Shown here: piece by piece, positions 1-12,050 of the stretch | Layout: each line of letters opens with the position of its first letter | Position numbering within the stretch: position 1 is the stretch's first letter | Source of the DNA: Octopus bimaculoides | Lineage: Eukaryota | Direction of reading: 5' to 3' | Length of the DNA stretch: 44,981 nucleotides | Assembly: GCF_001194135.2 (NCBI RefSeq) | Contig: NC_068984.1 | Span: 135,244,654 to 135,289,634 of the forward strand | Made by a program: the position numbers and the translations under genes | Notes under the pieces: model-generated | What the model was told of the DNA's origin: nothing | The model's input: the letters and a program-made list of their open reading frames with translations, nothing else | Database searches by the model: none

Positions 1-64
1 TAAACTAATACACCTGCTTGTTGTTTATACACCTATCTTCGTCTTTTGCCTTTCTGTAAATTTC

Positions 65-104
<40 letters not shown>

Positions 105-1704
105 TTACGTATGTATGTGTGTGCATTTGTCTGCGTCTATTTACTCAACGTCGCACTATTTGCGTTATTTCCCATTATCTGATTTTTTGAAATATATATG
201 AAGGCGATTTGATAATATATTGATCCAAATATTATCCGTAACTATTTTTCTATATATTAAAATTTGTTAAATGATCACGAACCTTTGTTAGACTATATAC
301 CGAATAGACCGACAGACGTACACACATATTCCCATCCTGTAAACGAAGATGAAGTTTCTTTCCACTAAGCAATCAAATAAGCTTATAAAGAATTTTGAAG
401 TTGTCTTTTGGTTGTATTTTTTTCAGACAGGAAAATTTCAATTAATTTATATATCAATATTTTGAGGACCGTTTTCTATATATCACATCATAAATTGATT
501 ATAGAAATTCGTTCATTACCTCATTTGAGTTATTTCCCTTAGTTGATTATATTTTTAATTATGTATGTCTGTTGCTATGTCCCGAAGTTATCTGGTTTAT
601 CGGTTTCTGTCGCATTCATTTCTTGATTTAATGTGTTGTATTCATAAGATTATGTACGGGCCAATGTAGTCACACGTATTCTCACAAACTCACGTTCTTG
701 CATACAGATATATGCATACATATAAAGGCATACACACACTCATATATACATATCTATACACAGAGAGCAATCCATTTGATAAATGAAGCGGAAAGTGAAT
801 TGGAAGTAATTAAAAACTATGACTATTCAAGCATATATCATCAATAATTATCAAAGGAAATCAATATTTTCCGCTTGATATATTTTTCATTTATCAAAAC
901 ATTTGCAATATGCTGAAATAATGGACACTGATAAATGTGCTCTTATATGGCTGTGCGGTTAATGAAAACGACCGCAATCTAAGGCAATACACCTTCGACT
1001 TCGGAGAAATTGCACCTCGGATGATATTCCATAATAATTAATTTTCTACTTGTTGATCTAAGCTTCACAGCGGACCACTCTACAACTTCAGAAAGAACCC
1101 AGAGCGAAAGTTTCTGCACGGACACACGACCTGCAAGCAATATCTGCTGCCTCAAGTGGGAAGGACATATATATANNNNNNNNNNNNNNNNNNNNNNNNN
1201 NNNNNNNNNNNNNNNNNNNNNNNNNNNNNNNNNNNNNNNNNNNNNNNNNNNNNNNNNNNNNNNNNNNNNNNNNNNNNNNNNNNNNNNNNNNNNNNNNNNN
1301 NNNNNNNNNNNNNNNNNNNNNNNNNNNNNNNNNNNNNNNNNNNNNNNNNNNNNNNNNNNNNNNNNNNNNNNNNNNNNNNNNNNNNNNNNNNNNNNNNNNN
1401 NNNNNNNNNNNNNNNNNNNNNNNNNNNNNNNNNNNNNNNNNNNNNNNNNNNNNNNNNNNNNNNNNNNNNNNNNNNNNNNNNNNNNNNNNNNNNNNNNNNN
1501 NNNNNNNNNNNNNNNNNNNNNNNNNNNNNNNNNNNNNNNNNNNNNNNNNNNNNNNNNNNNNNNNNNNNNNNNNNNNNNNNNNNNNNNNNNNNNNNNNNNN
1601 NNNNNNNNNNNNNNNNNNNNNNNNNNNNNNNNNNNNNNNNNNNNNNNNNNNNNNNNNNNNNNNNNNNNNNNNNNNNNNNGTATAAAACCTGTCCAGTCAG
1701 CTTA

Positions 1705-1712
1705 AGAGAGAG

Positions 1713-1799
<87 letters not shown>

Positions 1800-1830
1800 A
1801 GGAGGGAGAGAAAATGAGAGTAAGTAACAG
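1705..1830. repeat. (GA)n/(GATA)n microsatellite
   Basis: Read directly. Confidence 0.97.
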
Positions 1831-1849
1831 AGAAACAGAAAGTGAGCTA

Positions 1850-4350
1850 ACTAGAGCGTCTTAAAGAATGATCATTAAAGGGAGTGTAATCAGACACAAG
1901 AATGAAGGTGCAACGTTAAAACTGAAAAGCATATAATTGTATAACTGAACGAACAACAGACAGTAAATGTAGCTAAGGTAAAGCGATAAGTGAATAATTT
2001 AGTAAAGTTCCAGCAGAACAAGCCAACTGCAAATAATTAGAAGAGATGGTTTAAAAATTGGAAGGTGGCGGTCGAGATAAAAATAAGACACAATACTCTT
2101 GTACTATATCCAGGAAGGTGCAGCTAAATTGGAGTGGTATAAAGAGTAAGAGTGGCAGTCACATCGGTGAAGCATAATTAAAAAGAGCAGAAACAGAAGG
2201 CCAATCATTCCGGAGCTCATTGTAAAACGATGTTCCAAATTGCTTAACTGGAAGGTCTTTGCAAAGGGTCGCAATGTTTTCTTGCTGGAAATCATTAAAA
2301 CACTCAGGGAATACCCGGATAGGTTTTTCTATGTTAGATGATTGTTAAGANNNNNNNNNNTTTCACTGTTATTATAGAAAATGATATACCGGATTTGCCG
2401 ATAACCTCTATGCAGAATAGACATGTAGAAGTATAATCCACTTAATGAACAGAAAAGTTATCGGACAAATTCAAGCGGTATAAATCCAGTTGCTAATCAA
2501 AGAGATGAACATATGACAGCAAATTTTTTAGCAATGGGATGAATCGATTACCATGAAGCCTTCGATTTCGTAGACACTAAAAATACTTGAAATGAGAGTA
2601 AAGTTCATTCAATAGAAAATAAGGAGCATGGAAAACTGGTTGATAGAGTTAAATATCGAGGTGATTGCTTAGCATCCTTATTATTTGCCATTGCTCTTTC
2701 AGTTTCCTTAGAATCGAGAAAAGAAAAATCCGAATTTTGTCTAAAAAATAATTAAATAGTTAACCAGTGGCTTTTCATGGATTCTCCAGTCAGAAGTGTT
2801 TAGTTGTGACATCAGATTACAATTTGACATTTCGTTCTGGTGGATAATATGTATGAAGGAATAGAGACACTATAAAACTTTATGAAATGAATCTACCGGC
2901 CAAAGATACGAGATATGAATAGAAATTGTGGACGTAAGTATTTGCCTATCTTGAAAGATTGTGGTATAAATGATAGTACAATAAAAGACAAATTCAGGTG
3001 TGAATATTTCCGAAATGTACGGAGGATAATATAACTTGAACTCAATGGCATAAATATTTCCAGTGGCGTAATTTCCATAGAAATATTCATCTTCAGATAT
3101 AGCGACATTTTAATAACCAATGAGAGATCTTGAAAGATAGGAAGAGACGGAAATTGCTGACAATCTTCACAGATTTACATCCACAAGCAGATGTTGACAG
3201 GTTATATTTCAACCGGGCAAATTGAACAGAAAGCCTGATATAATGTAGAAACTGTGCTGGGAATAAATAATAAGGTATTTTAGTTTGCAATATTATGATA
3301 GTTGTTAGCTGAAACAATGGGAAACGAGTGAAATCATGGGAGCCAGAGTGTGACGATGTAAATAGAAGAGATTAAATGTACCGTTGTTTCGAAATATTGA
3401 AAATCATTTCAGTGACTAATGAAGATATTCAAGAAAGAGACATATGGCTTGATTGGAGCTGCTCAGTATCGAAGCCTCCGACTAAAATATATTGGAAGGT
3501 TTGTTGATTGATAAAGAGTATGTCTCTGTTGGGTCTTGACTAAATTGTTAAAACAATGAGGTTTCTGCATATGTATCCTTTGAAAGTAAGATGCTTTCTC
3601 AGCTGGTATATAAGAACTTGAAACATTATAAAATTGAATATGATTCCTGGTATGGCTGTGTGGTAAGAATCTTTCTTCCCAAGCACGTGGGTCCGGTTTC
3701 AGTGCCAATGCGTGGCACATTGTACAAGTGTCTTCTACTATAGCCTTGGATCAGTCAAAACATTCTGAGAGGATTTCGCTAACGGAAATTGAAAGAAACC
3801 TGTCACATGTGTGTGTGTATGTGTGTCTGTCTGGCTGTGTGTGAGTCTGTGTTTGGCTGGTGTGTTTAAGTCCCAGTACGTTAGCGGTTCGACAAAAATG
3901 AGTGATAGAATAGCAACAGGATAAACAGAAAACAAGTCCTGGAGTCGATTCCTTTAGTTAAAGGAAATTTTTGAAGACGGTGCCCCAGCATGGTACCATC
4001 TCATGATTGAAACAAGTAATAAATAAATGATAAAAGATGATTAGGATAATCTGTAAAAATTGTTCGGATCTGAGGATTTTGGAAAATATTATGACCACAA
4101 AGCAGAACACATCTCAGGAATCTATAGAAAATTGCAGTGCCAGAAAAAACTGTCTGTTGTTTTAGATATAGATCCCTATAACTAATGCGTTATTCGAAGT
4201 GGGAAGAAATCCAGTATCATCAAAGTAATTTTTGTGCCTTTCGTTTCATTCCCTACTGCCATGATGCTTTCCAATGATAATGGCATTTCTGCTCTTTACA
4301 GAGGTTTAGGATATCAGTGTGAACCTGAGAGTGTGGCTTACGGATGCCAT
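1850..4350 (+). mobile_element. Ancient, heavily decayed R4/Dong-like (RLE-type) non-LTR retrotransposon: pre-RT region, RT, thumb, zinc-knuckle region and start of the RLE; interrupted by a SINE at 3646-4036
   Basis: Manual translation across frameshifts gives ordered, family-typical motifs: VAKVKR*VNNLVKFQQNK (~1970), WSGIK..H..EA*LKR (~2130), LLNWK (~2240), LAMG*IDYHEAFDFV (~2530; cf. LSMAWIDYKKAYDMV), MENWLIEL, RGDCLASLLFAIAL (~2660; cf. QGDSLSPLLF), VNQWLFMD (~2760; cf. INHLLFMDD), KYLPIL..IKDKFRCEYFRNVRRII*LELNG (~2940), RKLLTIFTDLHPQADVDRLYF (~3150), KKETYGLIGAAQYRSLR (~3435) and, after the SINE, KYYDHKAEHI (~4085). Many stops and frameshifts. Boundaries are approximate. Confidence 0.85.
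3646..4036 (+). mobile_element. tRNA-derived SINE, family A (internal microsatellite type), nested in the old LINE
   Basis: Aligns by eye with the copies at 8216, 16397, 25940 and 33860: TGGCTGTGTGGTAAG head, ..GGAAATTGAAAGAA(A/G)CC, central (TG)n, TTAGCGGTTCG, CCAGCATGG..GAAACAAGTAA tail. Candidate 6-bp TSD ATGATT at 3640-3645 and 4037-4042. Confidence 0.85.
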
Positions 4351-4380
4351 GCTTTTCCAAAGGGCAACGCGTGATTTTTT

Positions 4381-4732
4381 TCTGATTGCTTGAATCTGAT
4401 TGCTTGAATCGGTATTGAACCGATTAATGGAACAACCTGCTCATGAAATTAATGCGCAAGTGGCTGAGTACTCTACGGACACGTGTACCCTTAACGTAGT
4501 TCTCGGGGAATTTCAGCGTGACACAGTTTGACCCTTTGAAATGCAGGAAAGACTGAGAGAAAGCTGTGGTGAAAGAGTACAGCAGAATTCACCACCACTC
4601 CTTGCCGGGGCATCGTGGAGCTTTAGCTGTTTTCGCTCAATAAACAATCATAAGGCTCGGTCTGGGAATCGAAACCGTGATGCTACGACCGGGAGTCCGC
4701 TGCTCTAACTACTGGGCCATTGCGCCTCTACA
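4381..4732 (-). mobile_element. tRNA-derived SINE with family D head and family C 3' module
   Basis: The reverse complement starts GAGGCGCAATGGCCCAGTAGTTAG..GGTTTCGATTCCCAGACC (A/B boxes), then TTTATTGAGCGAAAACA, matching 42125-42451. Its 3' half (GTGTCACGCTGAA..GAGAACTACGTTAAGGGTACACGTGTC..CAGCCACTTGC) matches 20203-20505. A 14-bp tandem TCTGATTGCTTGAA x2 lies at the tail (4381-4408). Confidence 0.85.
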
Positions 4733-5190
4733 ATGACAATAATAGTTCTTGTTGAAAGAGGGAAATATGAAACGAAAACCCGAATCTTTATTGAAAGCCG
4801 GTTAAATACAACGTTGTAATGGATTTGGCATAGACAAAACTCATTCGGACAGCACACAAAACATGGACGAAAGAACATGAAAGTTTTAACTATGGCTGAA
4901 AATATTGCAGAAAAAATACCTCAGTGTAGAAACACACGTATGATTATGTGGGTATAATAGTAGCTTGAGGTATTAACCATATCTGTGGATATAAAATAAC
5001 GGCGAATTGGTGTATGTGGGCTCAGAAACAGTGGCTGCAATGAATAAAAGTGTACCTCATAAACTATTTTTGTGGGTCTATGAATACGTTTCGAACAACT
5101 TCCTGAAAATATTCATCGTGAAAACGAGCGGGCGTGAAAATATTTTGGGACTGATTTGAAACGTTGCTTTTTTTTTATTATATTTATGTT

Positions 5191-5560
5191 AAGGAGGCGA
5201 GGTGGTAGAAACGTTAGCACGCCGGGCGAAATGCATTGTGGTATGTCATCTGTCGATCTAATCGACTGTCCCGCTCCCACAAAATTTCGGACCTTGTTCC
5301 TAGAGTAGAAAAGAATATTGGATTTATCTTTGAAGGCGCGAGCTAGTACACACTTTACCACGCCGGGCGAAATGCCTAGCGGTATTCTATCTGTCTTTCG
5401 TTCTGAATTCAAATTGTGCGGAGGGGACGTTTCCTTTCATCATTTCGGGATCGATAAATTAAGTACCAGTTGCGTACTGGTGTCGATCTAATAGCCTGGC
5501 ACCCTGCCCCAAAATTTTGTGCCTTGTACCTAACGTAGAAAAGAATACAGGATTTATCTG
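5191..5560 (+). mobile_element. Two tandem copies of tRNA-derived SINE family B (Nin/Deu-like central domain); the first is internally deleted
   Basis: 5191-5329 and 5333-5560 both start AAGG.GGCGAG..CACGCCGGGCGAAATGC and end CCTTGT.CCTA..GTAGAAAAGAATA..GGATTTATCT. The second carries CCTTTCATCATTTCGGGATCGATAAATTAAGTACCAGT, which I recall as the Nin/Deu-type conserved SINE domain (domain name from memory). Confidence 0.85.
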
Positions 5561-5573
5561 ATTTCAGTATACG

Positions 5574-5622
<49 letters not shown>
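5574..5622. repeat. (TAA)n microsatellite directly 5' of the LINE fragment
   Basis: About 16 perfect TAA units, read directly. Confidence 0.98.
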
Positions 5623-6193
5623 GCTATGCCAAAACTATGGAATAGCAACAGAAAAAAGATGGTATAGGCACACGCCAGAAAAGGTCACAGAAAACGAGAA
5701 AGCAACCATACTCTGGAATATGCCAATATGCACAGATAGAGAAATTAAGGCCAATAGGCGAGATATAGTTGTAAGAGATAATGAAGGGAAAAAATGCTTT
5801 CTAATTGATGTATCAATACCAGCAGATGGCAACGTTTCCCGAAAAGAAATAGAGAAACTTTCAAGATAGAAAGACCTGTAAATAGAGTTAACTCGAATGT
5901 GGAATCTAAAAACAGAAACAATTCCTATCATAGTGAGCGCCTTAGGTATGATAAAAAAAAGTATTCAGACAAATACATAACAAAAATACTAGGACTTACA
6001 AATATATATAACATACAGAAAATTGCACTACTGGGCACTGCACACATCCTACGCAAAACACTTTCAATACAGTAAATATAAGATCATCACAACAAACCAC
6101 AGCACATAGCAAAGGAACACAGAGCTGCGCTCGGTAGTGAAGTGAAAGCACGTTATAAAAATAAAACTAGTGAACTATAATAATAATAATAAT
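5621..6193 (+). mobile_element. Young 5'-truncated R4/Dong-like non-LTR retrotransposon: RLE endonuclease C-terminus, 3' UTR and (TAA)n tail
   Basis: 5621-6075 translates KLCQNYGIATEKRWYRHTPEKVTENEKATILWNMPICTDREIKANRRDIVVRDNEGKKCFLIDVSIPADGNVSRKEIEKLSR*KDL*IELTRMWNLKTETIPIIVSALGMIKK/YSDKYITKILGLTNIYNIQKIALLGTAHILRKTLSIQ*. This is the RPD..D(V/I).IP..EK..KY.DL restriction-like endonuclease signature, with P->R in RPD, 2 premature stops and 1 frameshift. A 3' UTR and TAA repeats follow (6177-6193). Confidence 0.92.
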
Positions 6194-6704
6194 TCTTAGT
6201 ATTGTATTGCGTAAATCTGTTTCATTCTCGGTCGAATGTTCGTGTACTTTCTGTGTTGATTCAATAAGCATCTCTTTGTATTCAGCTGAATACAGGTGGC
6301 AGATACCACCTTCCTAGTTTCATGTAATATTTATTCCGTGTATGTATTTAATTATATCATAGTCTTCGTAAATCCACTTTCATTTCGTTCAAATAATTAA
6401 AGAGAAATATTTTTACGATATATGAAAGTAATTAATTTTTCACAATCTCTCTACACACNNNNNNNNNNNNNNNNNNNNNNNNNNNNNNNNNNNNNNNNNN
6501 NNNNNNNNNNNNNNNNNNNNNNNNNNNNNNNNNNNNNNNNNNNNNNNNNNNNNNNNNNNNNNNNNNNNNNNNNNNNNNNNNNNNNNNNNNNNNNNNNNNN
6601 NNNNNNNNNNNNNNNNNNNNNNNNNNNNNNNNNNNNNNNNNNNNNNNNNNNNNNNNNNNNNNNNNNNNNNNNNNNNNNNNNNNNNNNNNNNNNNNNNNNN
6701 NNNN

Positions 6705-6758
<54 letters not shown>

Positions 6759-6951
6759 TTATAAACGTTATGTTTTACTTAATTGTGTATATGTGTGCAG
6801 GGTTTATTTCGTAAATATATTAATGTCTTGCAATGAAATTAAAATATTGTTTTGAAAAAGCAATTTTATCGTTCGACTATAGTACTCGCTTCTCTTCTTT
6901 CATTTTAACCCTCGATATGGGTATGTGTGTGTGTGTCTGTATACATATATA

Positions 6952-8210
6952 CGCGAGGGTGTATCCAAAAGAAGCTGGAATGCATCGGTCCAGATATGTT
7001 TTCCAGTGTTCGAAGCAGTCCTAGAAGAGTTACGAATGGTGCCTTTCAACGCCTCCATCCATTTTTCCTCGCCTCTTTCACATTTGCAAAACGTCCTCTT
7101 TTAAGGACATTTTTCATTCGAGGGACCAAAAAAAAAAAAAAGTTGCACGGAGCAACATCGTTCGAATAGGGAGGGTGGGTAAACGGGATCATGCCATTTT
7201 TGGTCAAACACAGTCTCACACTGAAAGCGTTGTGCGAAAAGTGAAATGTCGTGATAAAGCAACCACTCTCAATTTTACCACTGGTCGGTGTGTTTTCATC
7301 TTGCCTTGTCTCTCAAATGCTTCAGAACTGTCAATGAAAATGTATGGTTAACAGTTTGACCAGGAGGAACGAATACTGTGCGGACAATTCCTTTAGCATC
7401 GATGAAACAATCATTGTCTTAACACTGGATTCCACTGGACGCACTATTGTGGGGTGTGGTGATATTGAATGATTTCAGTGACTCTATTGTTGCTTCGTTT
7501 CCGAGTCGTAGCCGCGGCATTAGCTTTTATCATCAGTGATGACCTTCAAAAAAAGTTTCAGATTAACTTCCAACTGCTCTTTCAGTTCACGACATGTATT
7601 CAGTTGTGACTACTTTTGATCTTCCGTGAGCAAGCGAGGCACACATTTTGCTGAAACTCTCTTCATTCACAATTCCCTGCAAAAACTTCGCTGGGAAGAG
7701 CTCCATGACACAACAGCCATATCAACAATTTTGTCAAATGTTCGGCAACGATCCTGCAAGATCAGTTCGTGAATTTTCATATTTTAATTCGTTCGGGAGA
7801 TCAACAATCGATCATTCGTTCTGGAGATGGACGGTCGCCCTGGGCTTCAGGCGACAAGACACCATTCTTAAAGCGTGAAAACCATTCATAAACTTGAATC
7901 TTGCTCACGGAATCGTTCTTGTAAGCTGTTTGAAGCATGGTAACTGTTTCGCCTGCCGTTTGCCCTAACAGTAAACAGAATTTCATGAAGGCACGCTGTC
8001 CCGTCGTTTCAGACATCGCAAAATCGGCGAACAGCAGAGAAACACTGCAAAATAAAGACGCACCGGATGGAAGTAAGACTTCACTCCACGACGCCGGTGA
8101 GTAGACTGATACCTGAGCATCTCATCAAGTGCATTCTAGCATCGAAAACCTGAGCAACAATTGGCTTGTACCACAGAGAATGTTTCCAGTTACTTTTGTG
8201 TACCCCCTCG
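6952..8210 (-). mobile_element. Decayed mariner transposon, irritans-like subfamily
   Basis: Imperfect TIRs: left CGAGGGTGTATCCAAAAGAAGCTGGAA (6954-6980) versus right reverse complement CGAGGGGGTACACAAAAGTAACTGGAA (8184-8210). TA lies at 6950-6951 and the right TA is mutated. About 1.26 kb. Confidence 0.93.
6975..8016 (-). pseudogene. Mariner transposase pseudogene (HTH plus DDD domain)
   Basis: N-terminal MSETTGQRAFMKFCLLLGQTAGETVTMLQTAYKNDSVSKIQVYEWFSRFKNG (HTH); then KVITDDKS*CRGYDSETKQQ (cf. ITGDESWCYGYDPETKQQS), IDAKGIVRTVFVPPGQTVN, LYHD and THPPYSNDVAPCNFF (cf. YSPDLAPCDFFLF). Multiple stops and frameshifts; the extreme C-terminus runs directly into the TIR. Confidence 0.92.
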
Positions 8211-8215
8211 AATAT

Positions 8216-8386
8216 AGGCGCAGGCGTATCTGTGAGGTAAGAAACTTGCTTCCCAACCACACCGTTCCTTGTTCAGTCCTTTTGCGTGGCCTTTTGGCCA
8301 AGTATCTTCTACTATAGTCCCCGGCCGACCAAAGCCTGCCTTGTGAGTGAATTTGGTTGGCGGAAACTGAAGGAAGCCCGTCGTGC

Positions 8387-8426
<40 letters not shown>

Positions 8427-8612
8427 GAAGACGTGTTTGTCTCCCTACTGTCACTTGACGACCGTTGCTGGTGTGTTTACGTCCCCGTAGCTTAATGGTA
8501 CAGCAAAACGACCAATAAAATAAGTACTATGCTTCGAAATAATAAATCCTGGGATCGATTTCTTCCACTAAAAGTCCCTTTAAGGAGATGCTTCAGCATG
8601 GCAACCTCCGCT
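8216..8612 (+). mobile_element. SINE family A copy abutting the mariner right end
   Basis: AGGCGCAGGCGTATCTGTGAGGTAAG..GGCCGACCAAAGCC..GGAAACTGAAGGAAGCCCGTCG, internal (TA)n at 8388-8422, CACTTGACGACCGTTGCTGGTGTGTTTACGTCCCCGTA..CAGCATGG. Matches 25940-26343. Confidence 0.9.
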
Positions 8613-9882
8613 GAGTATTAATGAATAAGTGCATGCTGGTAATGTAGAAAATGCCTTTCCACTAGATACGAACCCACTGGAAACGTTGTAGTGAAACAAT
8701 TCGCTGTGTAGGTGGTGGTAAATGTATTTCACCGCGGTTACATAATTCAACCCATTCAGAAGTAGCGCACTTTATTTGCTCTCAGGGTTAGATAGAGCCG
8801 GCTGTGCACCTCAACACTAGCACAACACAGATCTTGTTTTAGGTCATCGACACGTATACAACTGACTCCAGTATCCACCGATACATAGGGTGTGGATACA
8901 TTTAATCATGATGTGGAATATCAAAGCGCAAAAACTACACTCGCATTTTCAGTAATTATACACCAGTCAAGTTTTAAGAATGGTGCAATGAATATAGTGT
9001 AAGAAGAAAAGAAAAGAAATGAAAAGAATATTTTCATTAATAGGAATTCAGCTTGGAATAGAAACCTTGCTACAGATTTTACAATCTAAATTTTTTACGC
9101 AAATTTTTTTCGGCGGAACTCAAGTTAACAAGTAAATGATATAACAGAAAACGAAAACAAAATCGCCAGTAATATGTCGCACGCAATTTCAGCTATCAAT
9201 TGATTTTCAGAGAAATCAAGTTTTCTATGTGGCATTAAAGTAAGTGTAATAGAATTATTTTACCGATTCCTGAAGACATAGCACAAGATTTAAATTCCCG
9301 CTAATGAATCAGCATTTATAATGACGTCATAGGACAGTTATTTTTTTTATTCACTTTCCATGAGAATAAGTCTTGTAAGAAAATGCATTGGTACCGTCAT
9401 GCTTAACGACATGATGTCTCGCCTACAAAACAGGGATTATGGAATTTTATGCATATCATGATTTCTTACTTTTAGTTTTATCATCTTTCAAAAGCTGCTA
9501 ATTCGTCGACTTCACTACACATCACTTCCGAAACTTATTATTCATTTTTTGCTCATTAACTCAGGATTTCATTACAGATTTATAGAATTAGTTCTCAACA
9601 GCTCGGATGCTATTATTTCCCATTAGTTAACGCATACATGTTTAAAATCAAACACACGTAGAAATGCATAAAGACAAAGTGGATTAATACAAATTAGCGT
9701 ACAATATTTGCAGAAATATTTCACACGGTGTATCATACGTAGACCACAGAAACAAGCTAATGCTAGTCAAATGTAAATTATGTTACTCATCAGGCTATAT
9801 GTGACCGTATAAATGAGAATTGGCATATATATATATATAGACGCAGACATATATATATATATATATATATGTATTCATCATC

Positions 9883-9923
<41 letters not shown>

Positions 9924-10158
9924 CCAGATTTTCATCATGTCGAACGGTTAATCCCTACACATGTTTTTTTTTCTCCGTTTCTTTTTTTCATCCTCTCTCC
10001 TGTTTTCCTCTTAATCCTTTCTGTCGACGCGTGCAGGCTCGCGACTTAAAAGATTTTTCCATTCTTCCATTCTTTATATACATATATGTATGTATATATA
10101 TGCATGTATTTATATATATTTATACATATATATGTATCTTTATGTGCAGATATGTATG

Positions 10159-10190
<32 letters not shown>

Positions 10191-10249
10191 TGTATGTACG
10201 TATATATATATATACAAAACAAGGGCCGAAATAGCTTGGTACCAGTGAC

Positions 10250-10397
10250 CGTGTATCTCATTTCTACAGCTGAGCGCGCTGGAGTCCTGAGAAATAATGT
10301 GCTTGCTCAAGAATACAACACAGCCTGGACCGTGAATCGAACTCACTACCTTATGATTGTCAGCCCGACGCTTTAAACACTGAGTCACGTGATTTCA
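10250..10397 (-). mobile_element. SINE family C (CORE-like) 5' fragment
   Basis: Reverse complement gives a tRNA-like head (..TAAGGTAGTGAGTTCGATTCAC..) and GTGTTGTATTCTTGAGCAAGCACATTATTT, matching 11814-12050. Confidence 0.75.
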
Positions 10398-10530
10398 AAC
10401 ACACACACAAACACATGCATATATATATATATATATATATATATGTATNNNNNNNNNNNNNNNNNNNNNNNNNNNNNNNNNNNNNNNNNATATATATATA
10501 TATATATATTAATCATTATTGAAATTATTG

Positions 10531-10725
10531 TAAGGCGGTTCTGGTGGCTTTTGCAAAATCTTTAACAGCATTACGTCTGCCGCTACATTCAGAATTCAAA
10601 CTCCGCTGAGGTCGACATTGCATTTCATCATTTCGGAATCGATACATTAAGTACTAGTGAAACATTGAGGTCGTTGTAATCGACTGTATCCTTCCTCCAA
10701 AATTTCAGGCCTTGTGCTATAGTAG
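10531..10725 (+). mobile_element. SINE family B copy
   Basis: AAGGCGG..GAATTCAAACTCCGCTGAGGTCGACATTGCATTTCATCATTTCGGAATCGATACATTAAGTACTAGT..AAAATTTCAGGCCTTGTGC, matching 5333-5560. Confidence 0.85.
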
Positions 10726-11813
10726 CATTGCACGACCTATTGCCGCTTGGGTACTACGTATGATCAACTCAGTTAATTTAAAAGTGATCAACATACTGAT
10801 ATCCCTTACCGTTATTCCCTCTTTTTCTTGCACTACCTTTACTTCAGTCGCTCTCTCCGTCGATGTCTATCTATCTTTCTAACTATTTACACGGAAATTG
10901 TGAGCGTATATATCTACATGTTTTTGGTTTTGTGATTTTGTGCATTTGCCTATGGGTATATTTTAGAGTTTTCATACGTAGATATACGGCTCCATGCCTT
11001 CTGTGCCCGTGCAAACGTCTGAAAATGCATAAGAGCATAAAGGATTTCTTGCGGAAATAACATATGAATTGCCTTTGACTATGATAACTCTCTCAATATT
11101 GCGCTAACTCTCTCAAGACATCATATAAAGCTATATGAATTAATTTATCACTTCAATTTAAACTCAGCAGTAGGTTGTCTGAAGTCAAGTCATAGAATTC
11201 TATGAAAAAAAAATGAATTCGATTTTTATGTACGTCAGATTTATCAAGTAAGTTTCATTTTCAACTTCTTGCATGAAAGGTGATAGTGCTACACATAATC
11301 TTGATATATATATATATANNNNNNNNNNNNNNNNNNNNNNNNNNNNNNNNNNNNNNNNNNNNNNNNNNNNNNNNNNNNNNNNNNNNNNNNNNNNNNNNNN
11401 NNNNNNNNNNNNNNNNNNNNNNNNNNNNNNNNNNNNNNNNNNNNNNNNNNNNNNNNNNNNNNNNNNNNNNNNNNNNNNNNNNNNNNNNNNNNNNNNNNNN
11501 NNNNNNNNNNNNNNNNNNNNNNNNNNNNNNNNNNNNNNNNNNNNNNNNNTACATATACGTAAGTGTAGAACGATGAAACGAGAGTTCAACTTTGCATTGG
11601 TGGATATAAATTTTCTTTATTTCTGAATTAAATCTGCCATTGGTTTCTTGTTAAGAAAAGTAGGAAAATATCCTAGGGCCTTAATAAATTTTCAAACCAA
11701 TTACTTGGAGAAAGTTTTTCGCCTCCATTTTGGAGTGTGTATATGTGTGTGTATGTGTGTGTGCATGCGTGTGCTAGTGCGTGTGTGTTTATACATGTAT
11801 ATGTAATTGTGGA

Positions 11814-12050
11814 TGTGAAGACGCGTGGCTTAGTGATTAAAGTAACGGGGTCCAGATCGCAAGGTCGTGAATCTGATATTGGGCGGCGGGTTGTGTGCTT
11901 GAGCAAGGTACTTTATTTGACGTTAGTCCAGTTCTCTCAACTGGCCCAAAATGACCAGCCTTGTCACACTTTGCTCTATGCGTGACTGTGCAGTGTTTAG
12001 CTTGTCCGTTAATTTCTTCAGCAGGATGTTCTGTTGATGGGATGAAGCAT
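11814..12050 (+). mobile_element. SINE family C (tRNA head plus CORE-like domain)
   Basis: ACGCGTGGCTTAGTGATT (A box)..AAGGTCGTGAATCTGAT (degenerate B box)..TTGTGTGCTTGAGCAAGGTACTTTATTT..CCAGCCTTGTCACAC..GTTAATTTC. Matches the reverse complement of 20203-20505. Confidence 0.8.

Noticed and set aside
8655-8880. Possible additional old SINE-like fragment (also 23590-23740)
   Set aside because: It only vaguely resembles repeats I recall, and there is no second copy in the window to confirm it.
164-9621. Recurrent GTTATTTCCC / TTATTTCCCATTA motif (164, 529, 9613)
   Set aside because: It is short and AT-rich, so expected by chance, and no element boundaries could be defined.
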